Source of the DNA: a virus
Taxonomy: Duplodnaviria > Caudoviricetes
Direction: 5' to 3' (one strand)
Length of the DNA stretch: 64,000 nucleotides
IMG/VR virus record: IMGVR_UViG_3300007770_000001
A program made the translations under genes and the position numbers. Below, piece after piece: positions 1 through 8,765 of the stretch. Below the pieces are notes generated by a model. It made no database searches. It was not told where the DNA came from and saw only the letters and a list, made by a program, of their open reading frames with translations. How positions within the stretch are numbered: the first letter of the stretch is position 1; the number at the start of each line of letters is the position of its first letter.

Positions 1-1
1 G

Positions 2-508
2 GGAACCGTCTTCGAGCAAGGCCAGGAACTTGGGCGTGGAGACCTGGATATCTTCACCGAAGACTCCGACGGGAACCCAGTCAATGTCTACGAGATTTCA
101 TACTCGATCTACTACGTGGACTCGGACAACGGGGCTGAAGTTCTCATCGGTCCGGATACCCGAACGCCGGTGAATCCTGAGGTCGGGGAATACTACGCTG
201 CGGTCCGGATTCCCAACTCTGCCGTGGCGGGCTGCTACCGCATCAGGTGGCGGGTCCGAGAGACTGCTTCCTCATCCCAGGAAGGTGCTGTCCAGGAGTT
301 TGGCGTCGTTGCGGATGTCTCAGGAACGGCAGATGTCTACACGACGGCGGTCCGGGACCTGATCAACAAGCTCCGGATCATGACCAGGGACAACTGCCTG
401 GGCGGGGACACCCTGGTGGAAGTGGACGCGGACGGGGAGATCATCCAGGTGAGCCTCGAGGACTTGTACGAGGCGATTGGGGATATGCCCATGCAAGAGG
501 CATCCTGA
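2..508 (+). CDS. N-terminal half of a fractured virion neck/head-tail protein gene: N-extein (5' truncated by window) fused to 37-aa split-intein N fragment
   Basis: Frame open from nt 2; ...KLRIMTRDN then CLGGDTLVEVDADGEIIQVSLEDLYEAIG (intein block A, Cys1 at 395); TGA 506-508. Confidence 0.85.
   Translation, partial: GTVFEQGQELGRGDLDIFTEDSDGNPVNVYEISYSIYYVDSDNGAEVLIGPDTRTPVNPEVGEYYAAVRIPNSAVAGCYRIRWRVRETASSSQEGAVQEFGVVADVSGTADVYTTAVRDLINKLRIMTRDNCLGGDTLVEVDADGEIIQVSLEDLYEAIGDMPMQEAS
395..505 (+). other. Split intein N fragment (IntN, 37 aa, acidic)
   Basis: CLxxDTxV block A; 10 D/E and no K/R in 37 aa; ends at stop codon. Confidence 0.88.
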
Positions 509-1440
509 TGCCAAGACCCGCGACACCCCCCAAAGACCCGCCTCCGGAGATCGTCCCGTACCTGGAGAAGCATGAGATCAGTTGGGAGTTGTTCTCGCGC
601 AGGATGGTCCGTGATCCCGAGGTGAAGAGGATTCGAAGCGAAGTGGTTACCGAACTCCACCAACAGGGGAAAACCTGGGCTCAGATGACAGCTCTCACTT
701 CTTTCGGCGCGGGGCAGCTGAGAGGGTACACCCGTGCGGTAGGTTGTGTGGCCTCCCGAAAAAACCTGAGCGAAGCGGGAGCACGTTCTGGCAGGGCCCG
801 AAAAGGGGAGAAGAAGCCATGGTTTTCCAAGCAGATGAAGGAGAGATGGGAGAAGGGAGAATTCGACTTCCATAGAGGGAGGGTGCGTTCGGAGGAAGAG
901 AGGCAAGCTCTCAGGGATTCTTGGACTCCAGAGAGGAGAGCAGCGTTTTGCCGAACCATGACGGAACGTTGGGCAAACCCGGAATTCCGGCAGAAGTTGG
1001 AAAGATTCCATCAGGACCCAAAGACACGTATGGAGAGATCCGCACGGCAAGCAGCAGCTATCAAGGCGGATCCCCAGAAATGGTCTTGGGGGAAGGGTTC
1101 CCGGGTACGCAGCACCAAATCGGATAGAGCGAGGTTTTGGGTTCGAAGCACCTTTGAGACCGCTGCTGTCCGGCTATTGGAAGGGGATGTCCAGGTTGCC
1201 AGCTACGAGTACGAGCCTGTTTTCAAGGATGAGGCAGGCCTCACAATTTTGCCAGACTTCAAGGTGGTCTTCACAGACGGGTCATGGAAGATTGTCGAGG
1301 TGAAAGCAAGTTGGGTTCTTAGACTCCCCCCAGAACACCCCAAAGCCCAGAAGCTCGCGCGTTACCGCCGGTTAGCAGAGCGGCTGGGGGTGTCTTTCGA
1401 GATTTGGACAGAACAGGACGTGCTCCATGATCACCTCTGA
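508..1440 (+). CDS. Free-standing PD-(D/E)XK (TnsA-N-like) putative homing endonuclease with HTH/NUMOD-like N-terminus, 310 aa
   Basis: STFE...YEYEP...ILPDFKV...IVEVK motif; ATG 508 overlaps upstream TGA (TGATG), preferred over track start 247. Confidence 0.8.
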   Translation: MPRPATPPKDPPPEIVPYLEKHEISWELFSRRMVRDPEVKRIRSEVVTELHQQGKTWAQMTALTSFGAGQLRGYTRAVGCVASRKNLSEAGARSGRARKGEKKPWFSKQMKERWEKGEFDFHRGRVRSEEERQALRDSWTPERRAAFCRTMTERWANPEFRQKLERFHQDPKTRMERSARQAAAIKADPQKWSWGKGSRVRSTKSDRARFWVRSTFETAAVRLLEGDVQVASYEYEPVFKDEAGLTILPDFKVVFTDGSWKIVEVKASWVLRLPPEHPKAQKLARYRRLAERLGVSFEIWTEQDVLHDHL

Positions 1441-1816
1441 GACCAGAAACAGGATTCGCGCCGCTTTCTCAGTGGGTCGGCTGAAGACCCGCACCGTCTC
1501 TCCGGAAGGGAAGGGACGTTGGCAGCGTGTTCTGAAAGCATCCAAGATGGAGATTCCAGATTCTTTGGATTGCCTGGAGGTCTCTACTTCCAGGGGGTCT
1601 ATGATCCTCACGGAAGACCACAGGGTTTTCACGGCACCCACTGAGAAGACAGAGGCGAGGAATCTGGAGAAGGGATCTCCTGTGCTGGGGTCTGGGGGCC
1701 TGCTGATCCTGGTGACTCAGGTCCGGGCTGCCCCTCGCGAGCGCTTCATGTTCGACATCACCGTGGAGGGGGATCACAACTTCATTCCCGTGGGGTCTGG
1801 GGTCGTGGTGTCAAAC
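1427..1816 (+). other. Split intein C fragment (IntC, 130 aa, basic N-terminus)
   Basis: Blocks B, F, G present; first 40 aa contain 11 K/R. Confidence 0.88.
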
Positions 1817-2317
1817 TGCCCCGACAAGCACTACAAGTTCCGTCCTCCTGAAGGAACGGAGACCGTGGGCTGCTACAACCAGGTCTTTGGTTATATCTGG
1901 ACTGACGAGGAGCTTGCCCAGTATCTCGAGATGGCCCTCTGGAAGTGGAACCTCTACCCTCCGGACACTTCTGCCAAGTGGACCACGGTCGACAAGGTGT
2001 ACAAGGGGAAGCAGGGTTGGAGATCAGCTCTCCTGTGGGGAGCTCTGGTCTTGGCCGCCCAGGCTCTCAGCTTCCAGTGGGTCGCGAATGAGTTCGGCTA
2101 CAGCATCGGAGGAATCAGCCTCGATCTGGAGAAGTCCTCCAAGTACCAGGCTCTCCGGGCGGACGCCGAGGCTCAGTGGACTCAGCTCACAGAGGCGAAG
2201 CAGCGTACCGAGAAGTACATGCGGGGCTTGGCCCAGCCCAGGTTCGGCAGGGGGGTGAGGTCGGCCTTTGGTCCACATGTGGGAGCGGGAATTTTGTCTC
2301 CACGGTCATTCATCTAA
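1427..2317 (+). CDS. C-terminal half of fractured neck/head-tail protein gene: 130-aa IntC fused to 166-aa C-extein
   Basis: LTEDHRVF (block B), MFDITVEGDHNF (block F), VVSN/C (block G, Asn 1814-1816, Cys+1 1817); extein CPDKHYKFRPP...FGYSIGGISLDLEK; neck assignment is inference. Confidence 0.85.
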   Translation: MITSETRNRIRAAFSVGRLKTRTVSPEGKGRWQRVLKASKMEIPDSLDCLEVSTSRGSMILTEDHRVFTAPTEKTEARNLEKGSPVLGSGGLLILVTQVRAAPRERFMFDITVEGDHNFIPVGSGVVVSNCPDKHYKFRPPEGTETVGCYNQVFGYIWTDEELAQYLEMALWKWNLYPPDTSAKWTTVDKVYKGKQGWRSALLWGALVLAAQALSFQWVANEFGYSIGGISLDLEKSSKYQALRADAEAQWTQLTEAKQRTEKYMRGLAQPRFGRGVRSAFGPHVGAGILSPRSFI

Positions 2318-2382
2318 CCGGTTTTTAGGGCTTTATTTGGGACGCAGGGTACGGTAACCTTCCTTCAAGGGGGTTCTCACCC

Positions 2383-3900
2383 ATGCCCATCATCTGTCCC
2401 CATTGCTCACGTAGATTCAAGGGCACATCGATCAATTCCAGGCACAAACGTGTCTGTGCCGGATGGCCGAACCCACCCTCTCCGATCCCCTGCCTGTGCG
2501 GCCATGAATCCACTTCATCTACCCAGATGAAGCGCCACCGTCGGACTTGCTTTACATGGCAGTCTCGGGACAAGAAGGCAGTGGCCCAGGCGCGGAAGCG
2601 GGAGACCTCTCTTCGGAGGCACGGGGTCGAGAACGGTTCTCAGGCCCCTTCTGTGCAGGCACGACGTGCTGCGACCAACCTCGAGAGATACGGACACACC
2701 AATCCGGGAGCCTCAGAGCAGGCCAAGGCCAAGATCCGACAGACCAACCTGGAACGCTATGGCGTAGAGCATGTCACCTCATCTCCGGAGGTTCAGGCTC
2801 GGATGCGGGAGACCCTACGGAGGAATCATGGGGTCGGCAACCCGTTTGAGTCCCCGGAGGTCCAGGCCAAGATCCGAGCTACGATGCTCGAGAGGTACGG
2901 AGTTGAGAATCCCCAGCAGTGTCCGGAGATCCGAGCCCGCACGACAGCTACGTGCAAGGCCCGTTACGGAGGCAGGCTTCTTGCTTCTCCGGAGATTGCT
3001 GCGAAGGCTCGAGCCACGAACCTGGAACGCTACGGGGACGAGGTCCCTCAGCGCACTCCCGAACTTCGGGAGAGGACCCGCCAGACCAACATGGAGAGGT
3101 ACGGAGTCCCCTGGACCTGCATGGACCCAGAGGTCCGAGCGAAGCAGCTGGCGACGCACCACAAGAGGTATGGGTCCCACTACTTCGCCTCAGAGGAGGG
3201 CAAGGCCCAGATTCTCGCATCTTTCCGAGAGAGGTATGGGGTCGATCATTGGATGCAGGCTGAGGGGGCGTGGGACAGGCTCGTCGCCGTGTTCCAAGAG
3301 AGATACGGAGTCGACCATCCTCTTCAGCTCGCAGAGTTCCTGGAGAAGCGCGTCCGGACAACCCAGGCCCGCTATGGCGTGGACCACGTGCTTCAGGACG
3401 TGGAAATCATGGCCCGTCTCCAAGCCACGAACATGGAGAGGTATGGCCACCCCTTTGCGATGCAAAACAAGGAGGTGAGCAGTAGGATGGTTGCCACCAA
3501 GATCGAACGGTACGGAAATCCCTGGGGACCCTCTCCGGTAGACGGACCCAACGGTCTGGAACAAGCCGTTCATGCCCTTGCCCCAGAGGGATCCCTCCTA
3601 TTCACAGGGGATTTCACGTTCTGGAGATGGCTGCCAACACTCTCCAAGCACAAGAACCCCGATTTCATCGTTCCGGGACCTGATCCGGACCATCCCAAGC
3701 GGGGAGTCACGAAGGTCGTAGAAGCGTTTGGCGACTACTGGCACAGCCGGATGTTCACGGGAAAGGTGCCGTTCGCCCACGAGCAGGAGCTCATCTCCGC
3801 CTATCAAGAGGTCGGTATCGAGTGCCTGGTCGTCTGGGAGTCCGAGGTCAACTCAGAGCCTGAGGGAGTTCAAGCCCGGCTGGCCAAGTTCCTCTCGTAG
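2383..3900 (+). CDS. Putative homing endonuclease: N-terminal Zn motifs, 14 x ~23-aa (E)RYG repeats, C-terminal Vsr-like nuclease
   Basis: Repeats TNLERYGVEHV etc.; C-terminal KNPDFIV...VVEAFGDYWH...CLVVWESE. Confidence 0.8.
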   Translation: MPIICPHCSRRFKGTSINSRHKRVCAGWPNPPSPIPCLCGHESTSSTQMKRHRRTCFTWQSRDKKAVAQARKRETSLRRHGVENGSQAPSVQARRAATNLERYGHTNPGASEQAKAKIRQTNLERYGVEHVTSSPEVQARMRETLRRNHGVGNPFESPEVQAKIRATMLERYGVENPQQCPEIRARTTATCKARYGGRLLASPEIAAKARATNLERYGDEVPQRTPELRERTRQTNMERYGVPWTCMDPEVRAKQLATHHKRYGSHYFASEEGKAQILASFRERYGVDHWMQAEGAWDRLVAVFQERYGVDHPLQLAEFLEKRVRTTQARYGVDHVLQDVEIMARLQATNMERYGHPFAMQNKEVSSRMVATKIERYGNPWGPSPVDGPNGLEQAVHALAPEGSLLFTGDFTFWRWLPTLSKHKNPDFIVPGPDPDHPKRGVTKVVEAFGDYWHSRMFTGKVPFAHEQELISAYQEVGIECLVVWESEVNSEPEGVQARLAKFLS

Positions 3901-3902
3901 TT

Positions 3903-4124
3903 TCAGGAAACCAGCGCCCAGGTATCTGAGTCGGACGGGTGCTCTACGAACCCCGCACGGATGAAGTACTCGGGGTCGATTTGGGAGGACTCGCCCATCT
4001 TGACGGCGATTCGCCGCCCGTTGTGGGAGTAGCTGGCGATCCAACCTGCTTCCTCCAGGAGCTCAGCGAACAGCGTAGCCAGGCCGGCGGACTCGAAGGT
4101 GTGTGAGAAGACACGGTAGAACAT
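3903..4124 (-). CDS. Hypothetical protein, 73 aa
   Basis: ATG start, packed between neighbours. Confidence 0.6.
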   Translation of the reverse strand: MFYRVFSHTFESAGLATLFAELLEEAGWIASYSHNGRRIAVKMGESSQIDPEYFIRAGFVEHPSDSDTWALVS

Positions 4125-4145
4125 GGTTGTCTCGGGGGCTTGGGC

Positions 4146-4565
4146 TCAGTGTTCGTCGTTGGTGGTCCAGACCACCTTGTGGTCCTGGTTGCGGTCGGTG
4201 ATCTCGGTGCAGTAGCCCTCTTTCGTGTAGGTCCGGCACTTCCGGCAGGCCTTGGCCGCCCGGATGGATGAGAAGCTCTCGCCGCAGGAGCACTCGTAGT
4301 GGCAGAGCGCCATCGTCTCGGCGTAGCGAGCCTCGTCCGCCGCGACCTGCTCGGCCTCGAAGTCGGCGGAGAAGTCCCGGACCGCGCCGGAGCGGAGATC
4401 CTCGGACGCCACCTTGCAGCAGCGCGCGGCGTGGCGGTGCTGCCGATAGCAGTTCGTGCACCCGGCGCACTTGAACGGGTGCGCGTTGGGTCCCGTCAGC
4501 TCGACCGGGAAGCCGTTCACGAGGACGGTACGGGCGGAGGCGGAGCGGGTTTCTGAAGCGGCCAT
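4146..4565 (-). CDS. Cys-rich (Zn-binding) hypothetical protein
   Basis: CxxC motifs; AGGAG RBS and conserved promoter motif upstream. Confidence 0.75.
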   Translation of the reverse strand: MAASETRSASARTVLVNGFPVELTGPNAHPFKCAGCTNCYRQHRHAARCCKVASEDLRSGAVRDFSADFEAEQVAADEARYAETMALCHYECSCGESFSSIRAAKACRKCRTYTKEGYCTEITDRNQDHKVVWTTNDEH

Positions 4566-4585
4566 GTTGTTCTCCTGTCGCCTTC

Positions 4586-4613
4586 GTTACGTCCAGCCCC
4601 GCAGGAGGGAAAC
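4586..4613 (-). promoter_or_regulatory. Class I promoter-like motif GTTTCC-N13-GGACGTAAC
   Basis: One of 8 equally spaced copies, upstream of RBS of 4146..4565. Confidence 0.75.
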
Positions 4614-4669
4614 CCTCCCTACTCCCAATCGCGAACCCATAGTTGGGCGCACCTCCCCGCTCCACGTGA

Positions 4670-4846
4670 TCAGGCCCCGTGCTTGCTGGGTTGGCTGTCC
4701 CATTCCTCTCCCTGGTGTCCGTAGGTGTAGAAGTGGTTGCAGCGGCCGTTCCGACACTGGTACGTAGGTCGCCCGTCAGCAGCCTCTCCTGTCCGCTCGA
4801 CGGTTTTCTTCCCACACGCGGAGCATTGACCCCGTTCTACTTTCAC
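4670..4846 (-). CDS. Small Zn-ribbon protein, 58 aa (below track cutoff)
   Basis: AGGAGG RBS, GTG start; MKVERGQCSACGKK...YQCRNGRCNHFYTY. Confidence 0.7.
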   Translation of the reverse strand: MKVERGQCSACGKKTVERTGEAADGRPTYQCRNGRCNHFYTYGHQGEEWDSQPSKHGA

Positions 4847-4864
4847 GACGCCCCTCCTATCGGA

Positions 4865-5176
4865 TCATTGACGGAGCGCTTCTCGATCCAGAGCCTCTTG
4901 CAGGAGGTTCTCCAGTTCCTTGACGCGCGCTTCGAGCTCTCGCTGTTTCATCGCGTGGGTGGAGTTGATGAGCTCTCCGGACTCCCACTTTGCCAGCTGG
5001 CCGTTCTGGAACTGTTGGCGGCGGAGCCCTGTGAGGATGCTACCTACTTGGCCAGCCAAGCTGATGGCGTGTCTGAGAGCAGCGGCTTCAACTGGAGCCG
5101 CCACCTCCTCTGCGTGGGCCAGCATATCCTGATGCAGGCCCGAAGCCGCTTGGACCAACCTGTCGTACCTGCTCAT
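4865..5176 (-). CDS. Hypothetical coiled-coil protein, 103 aa
   Basis: GGAGG RBS before ATG 5176. Confidence 0.7.
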   Translation of the reverse strand: MSRYDRLVQAASGLHQDMLAHAEEVAAPVEAAALRHAISLAGQVGSILTGLRRQQFQNGQLAKWESGELINSTHAMKQRELEARVKELENLLQEALDREALRQ

Positions 5177-5202
5177 AGCACCTCCATGGAGGGTTACCGG
5201 GA

Positions 5203-5496
5203 TCACTCGTCGTAGAGGAAGCTGTCCTCCTCGGCAAGTCTGTCCTCGAAGTCCCATGCCTGGGAACGAGCCCTGTTGTAGCAGACCAAGCAGAACCGGA
5301 AGGTGAGGTATCTCCACCGACCATCGTAGAAGTAGCGGGCGCGGGCGTCCCAGTACCTCTTGCCGCAGTCCCCACCACAGTCTCGGCAGGTGTGCTTCTT
5401 CAGGGAGTTCCGCACCGTTCCTGTGAGAGATACGACCCCACCCTCAGCGTTGAACTCAAGCTGGTTTGAGCCCGGCGTTCTCTGCAGACGTCCCAT
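5203..5496 (-). CDS. Hypothetical CxxC protein, 97 aa
   Basis: GGAGG RBS; class I motif upstream. Confidence 0.7.
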   Translation of the reverse strand: MGRLQRTPGSNQLEFNAEGGVVSLTGTVRNSLKKHTCRDCGGDCGKRYWDARARYFYDGRWRYLTFRFCLVCYNRARSQAWDFEDRLAEEDSFLYDE

Positions 5497-5516
5497 GATG
5501 ACACCTCCATGGAAGA

Positions 5517-5570
5517 GTTACGTAGACATCCAGAATGAGGAAGTTTCCATAAGGGGGCACCAGACGTAAC
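5517..5570. promoter_or_regulatory. Back-to-back divergent class I promoter motifs with overlapping -35 boxes
   Basis: Minus: ACTTCC-N13-CTACGTAAC (5517-5544); plus: GTTTCC-N13-AGACGTAAC (5543-5570). Confidence 0.72.
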
Positions 5571-5590
5571 TGCTTCGCAAAGGAGCCTCT

Positions 5591-6091
5591 ATGGATCCCG
5601 ACCCCTCCGTCTTCCTCTGGTGTCTCAACTACCGCAACAACGGCATGTGGACTCTCCTCTCCGACTACCGGGACGCGAGCGAAGCTGCTGCCCTGGCGGT
5701 CGCTGTGTACATCGCCTACCGGGGCATCATCCGTGACACCCATTGCTCCGACGACACCATCGTCATCGAGACTCCATCCATCATGGGAGCAGTGGATGTC
5801 CTCTACCTGAAGGGACACCCTTCCCTGATCCGTGAGGTCCGACGGGTCCTCTCCACTTTCCGGAGCGGGTCGGTCCGCGAGGTCTTCGAAGAGATCATGG
5901 AGATCCCGTATCCGGAGAGCCTCCGAGGCGACCCCTACCGGGCGGTCTGGGCGGTCGGAGACCTCCTCAGGAACCCGGAGTTCACCCCGGAGGAGTGCGT
6001 CGATACCCTTCCTCCGTATCGGAACAACAAGATGGGTCCGTTCTCCGAACACCAGCCCCCGCCGTGCTACGGAGGACAGCTCCCTACTTGA
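5591..6091 (+). CDS. Hypothetical protein, 166 aa
   Basis: AGGAG RBS, promoter motif, typical codon bias. Confidence 0.75.
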   Translation: MDPDPSVFLWCLNYRNNGMWTLLSDYRDASEAAALAVAVYIAYRGIIRDTHCSDDTIVIETPSIMGAVDVLYLKGHPSLIREVRRVLSTFRSGSVREVFEEIMEIPYPESLRGDPYRAVWAVGDLLRNPEFTPEECVDTLPPYRNNKMGPFSEHQPPPCYGGQLPT

Positions 6092-6494
6092 TCCAAGCCA
6101 GGGTCCAGATGGCTCCTTCCGCAGACTTGCCTTCGAAGGCGAGACCCTGGAACGTGCAGTTCTCTCCTGTGCAGGATTTCTCCCCATCCCTCCCAGACAG
6201 AAGCTCCGATCCGCAGCGGAAGCAGAACTGAGGATAGCCCGACCCTTCTACTGCGGACAGCGCAAAGGAATCCCCCGGGCTCGAGAGGATCCCCGCGAGA
6301 GGGTGGTGCTCCCGGAGGTTGTTCCCTTCCGTCGGGCACTCCATGTTCGAGCAGTACCAGTGGGTGCTCTTGTCTGCCCCCGGCTGGGGGCCCTCGAAGT
6401 TCGAGTCCTCCCATGCGTTGAGGGCGTCCGCCTCCAGGGCGTAGAAGTCCCTCTCAACACGCTCGAGGGTTCTGGAACAGCAGGGGCATCTCAT
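6084..6494 (-). CDS. Cys-rich hypothetical protein, 136 aa
   Basis: ATG 6494 coupled to upstream stop; several CxxC motifs. Confidence 0.7.
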   Translation of the reverse strand: MRCPCCSRTLERVERDFYALEADALNAWEDSNFEGPQPGADKSTHWYCSNMECPTEGNNLREHHPLAGILSSPGDSFALSAVEGSGYPQFCFRCGSELLSGRDGEKSCTGENCTFQGLAFEGKSAEGAIWTLAWIK

Positions 6495-6931
6495 TCCTTC
6501 TCCAGGAGCCTCTTCATGACCTTGAGCGCAGCGGAACGCTCCCAGCGCCTCCGAAGAGCATACCGTCTCTTCAGAGCTTCCTTCCGACGTCTCTCCGTCT
6601 TCCGTTGGCGGAAGTTCCCGTGGCAGTTCCAGCCCTGAGGGCCCCACGGAGGTATGTCTTCCCCGTCCTTGAGGACCTTCCAGTAGCTGAGGTCCTCCCC
6701 GCTGTGCGGACCTACCAATACGACGTGGCGGAGAGATAGGCGGCGCCAGATCCGTGCGTTCTTCTTCGGGAACCTGCCGGGCCACGGCCACCGGTGCATA
6801 CTCTCACCGCACTTGGGGCAGAGAGGAACAGAGGGTGCTTCTCCGTATCCGGTCTGCTTCTGCCTTCTCGCCCCCTCTCGACAGGGAAGGCAGAACCACT
6901 GGATCTTGATGCTGTTGGTAGGGGAGCCCAT
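6491..6931 (-). CDS. Zn-finger basic hypothetical protein
   Basis: CLPC...CPKC motifs. Confidence 0.65.
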   Translation of the reverse strand: MGSPTNSIKIQWFCLPCREGARRQKQTGYGEAPSVPLCPKCGESMHRWPWPGRFPKKNARIWRRLSLRHVVLVGPHSGEDLSYWKVLKDGEDIPPWGPQGWNCHGNFRQRKTERRRKEALKRRYALRRRWERSAALKVMKRLLEKE

Positions 6932-6940
6932 GCCCCTACC

Positions 6941-7390
6941 CTACCGGAAGATGGCCTCCAGAGCAGGATCCAGTTCCTGAACCATGTCCGGCCGTCCGGG
7001 ATGTGGGATCCCGTTCAAGGTGAACGGACGCCAACGGTGGTGTTTGATGAGGAAACACACCACCCGAAGGTCGGCTTGCCCCGGAGTGCTCAGACAGATC
7101 ATCACTACCGCCCCGAACTCTTGGACCAGAGGCTTGATCCCCGGGTCCCGGTACGTCGCGACGTCCGTCCGAAGGGCCTCAAGGATGTCTCCCCGATTCA
7201 TGGAGATTTCCCGCTGCTGCGCCGCCTCGTAGATCCAGGGACACTTGGCCATGAGCATCTGAATGGTGATCGCGATCTGAGCCTGGCCTGCGACCTGCTC
7301 CTGGAACTCGCGTCGGTTCCGGTACTCGTAGACCCATCCGATGATCTTTGCTACTGCGAGTTCCTCTACCCATTTCCTTGTTCCGGGCAT
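6941..7390 (-). CDS. Hypothetical protein, 149 aa
   Basis: AGGAGG RBS before ATG 7390. Confidence 0.7.
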   Translation of the reverse strand: MPGTRKWVEELAVAKIIGWVYEYRNRREFQEQVAGQAQIAITIQMLMAKCPWIYEAAQQREISMNRGDILEALRTDVATYRDPGIKPLVQEFGAVVMICLSTPGQADLRVVCFLIKHHRWRPFTLNGIPHPGRPDMVQELDPALEAIFR

Positions 7391-7454
7391 CAGCCCTCCT
7401 TGTAGTGCTGCCCGGTTACCGGCGCGGTAATCAGGTGTAGATTCTGGAGGTGTC

Positions 7455-7892
7455 TTGGGAATCCGTAGAACTATCATCAGGATGCTGGCCGCGACCTTCG
7501 AGGAGGACGAGCCGCCGGAGCCGCCTACCCCGGACCCCACAGAGCAGGAAGACCCTCCGGAGAGGTCGGGAGCGTTCCTGGCAGGTCCCAGCGGAATCAT
7601 CCCGGTGCCTGAGGGTATGAGCCCTCAGGAGGCGATCGCTCGCCACTTCGGTTCCCGAAATCCCTCTCCGCAGATCCCACGCACCACCCCGACCAAGTGG
7701 CATGGACCCTCGAGCGACCATTACCACATGAAGGTAGTAAACTGTGCGGAGGAGATGAACCCCGAGAACGATCCCGAGGTCAAGGATCTCCTACAGGACG
7801 GCTGGGAGCCCTTCGGAGTCCACCGCGTTCGGATGGCTGGGACGATGGGTGTCCGGATGTACTTCCGGATGCCCTGCGGAGGCCACGGATGA
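7455..7892 (+). CDS. Pro-rich hypothetical protein
   Basis: GGAGG RBS, TTG start, coupled to next gene. Confidence 0.65.
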   Translation: MGIRRTIIRMLAATFEEDEPPEPPTPDPTEQEDPPERSGAFLAGPSGIIPVPEGMSPQEAIARHFGSRNPSPQIPRTTPTKWHGPSSDHYHMKVVNCAEEMNPENDPEVKDLLQDGWEPFGVHRVRMAGTMGVRMYFRMPCGGHG

Positions 7893-8413
7893 TCTTTACA
7901 AGGCATCCGGACGACCCGAAGTTCACAGTTCCGGGTCGGAAGTTCATCGGCTATTGGAAGCCTCCTCGGGGACCAAACCTCAAGAACCTGCCCGACCCCT
8001 CGAGCTTTATCGATCCAGATATGGAGCAGGATTTCGCAGACAAGACGGCGCGGGTCCTGGAAATGGGCGCCACGTTCGTCCAGTGGAGAGGCCCCTCCTC
8101 GTGCCGTATCTGCGGTGTTCGGAACGAGGCCAAGTGCCTCACGTTCGATGGGACGTGGGTTTGGCCAGAGGGGCTCGCCCACTACGTCCAGGCCCACCGG
8201 GTTCGTCTACACTCCGATTTCATCTTCTATCTTATGCAGATCCCGGAGGAAGTCGGGGCCGAGGTTCTTCTACACCGCGCGACCATGCAGGAGATCTGGG
8301 AGTCCCGGGAGTCGAGGTCCGCTCTGGATCACATCCGCCTGCGAGGTCGCGAGATCAACAGGCATCGCGAGGCTGTCATGTCTCACGCCAAGATCCCCTG
8401 GGATGTGGCGTGA
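7889..8413 (+). CDS. Hypothetical protein with CRIC / WPEGLAHYV motif
   Basis: ATGA coupling; WRGPSSCRICG...WVWPEGLAHYVQAH. Confidence 0.75.
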   Translation: MIFTRHPDDPKFTVPGRKFIGYWKPPRGPNLKNLPDPSSFIDPDMEQDFADKTARVLEMGATFVQWRGPSSCRICGVRNEAKCLTFDGTWVWPEGLAHYVQAHRVRLHSDFIFYLMQIPEEVGAEVLLHRATMQEIWESRESRSALDHIRLRGREINRHREAVMSHAKIPWDVA

Positions 8414-8619
8414 TGGACGGCAAGACCCTGTACAAAACGGGCCTGGGGTTCCTCCTCTCCGCGATCTTCCTGTGCTTCCCCTTCGACTTGGTTGGGCTCT
8501 CCGGTTTGAGGAACATAGAGCCTCACCAGCACACAGGTCTGATAATCATCCTGATGTTGGTCTCCGGCGCCACAGGGTTCTTTTCCCTGGCGCACGCAGT
8601 TGAGAAAGCTCCGAAGTGA
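8413..8619 (+). CDS. Small two-TM membrane protein, 68 aa
   Basis: TGATG coupling; two hydrophobic segments. Confidence 0.65.
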   Translation: MDGKTLYKTGLGFLLSAIFLCFPFDLVGLSGLRNIEPHQHTGLIIILMLVSGATGFFSLAHAVEKAPK

Positions 8620-8765
8620 GGGGCTTCTCCTACATCCAGGTTGAACTCAACGGACACCTCTGGATCTTGACTCCACAGAAGGTAGTCGTGATCAACAAGC
8701 ACACCGGGGAGGTAGGGGTGATCCCCACCTCCCAAGCCATTCGTCTGCTCGAGAGGAAGAAGTGA
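8616..8765 (+). CDS. Small hypothetical protein, 49 aa (below track cutoff)
   Basis: GTGA overlap upstream, stop overlaps next start; fills the gap exactly. Confidence 0.55.
   Translation: MRGFSYIQVELNGHLWILTPQKVVVINKHTGEVGVIPTSQAIRLLERKK

Noticed and set aside
247-507. Track start 247 for the first endonuclease
   Set aside because: Overlaps the real intein-bearing gene; ATG 508 with TGATG coupling is the better start.
2280-3900. 3'-end replacement of the neck gene by the Vsr-like cassette
   Set aside because: Last codons of the neck gene look atypical, but no convincing displaced copy was found after 3900.
4604-4618. GGAGGG-AAA-CCCTCC hairpin as terminator
   Set aside because: No U-tract on either strand; overlaps a promoter -35 box, role unclear.
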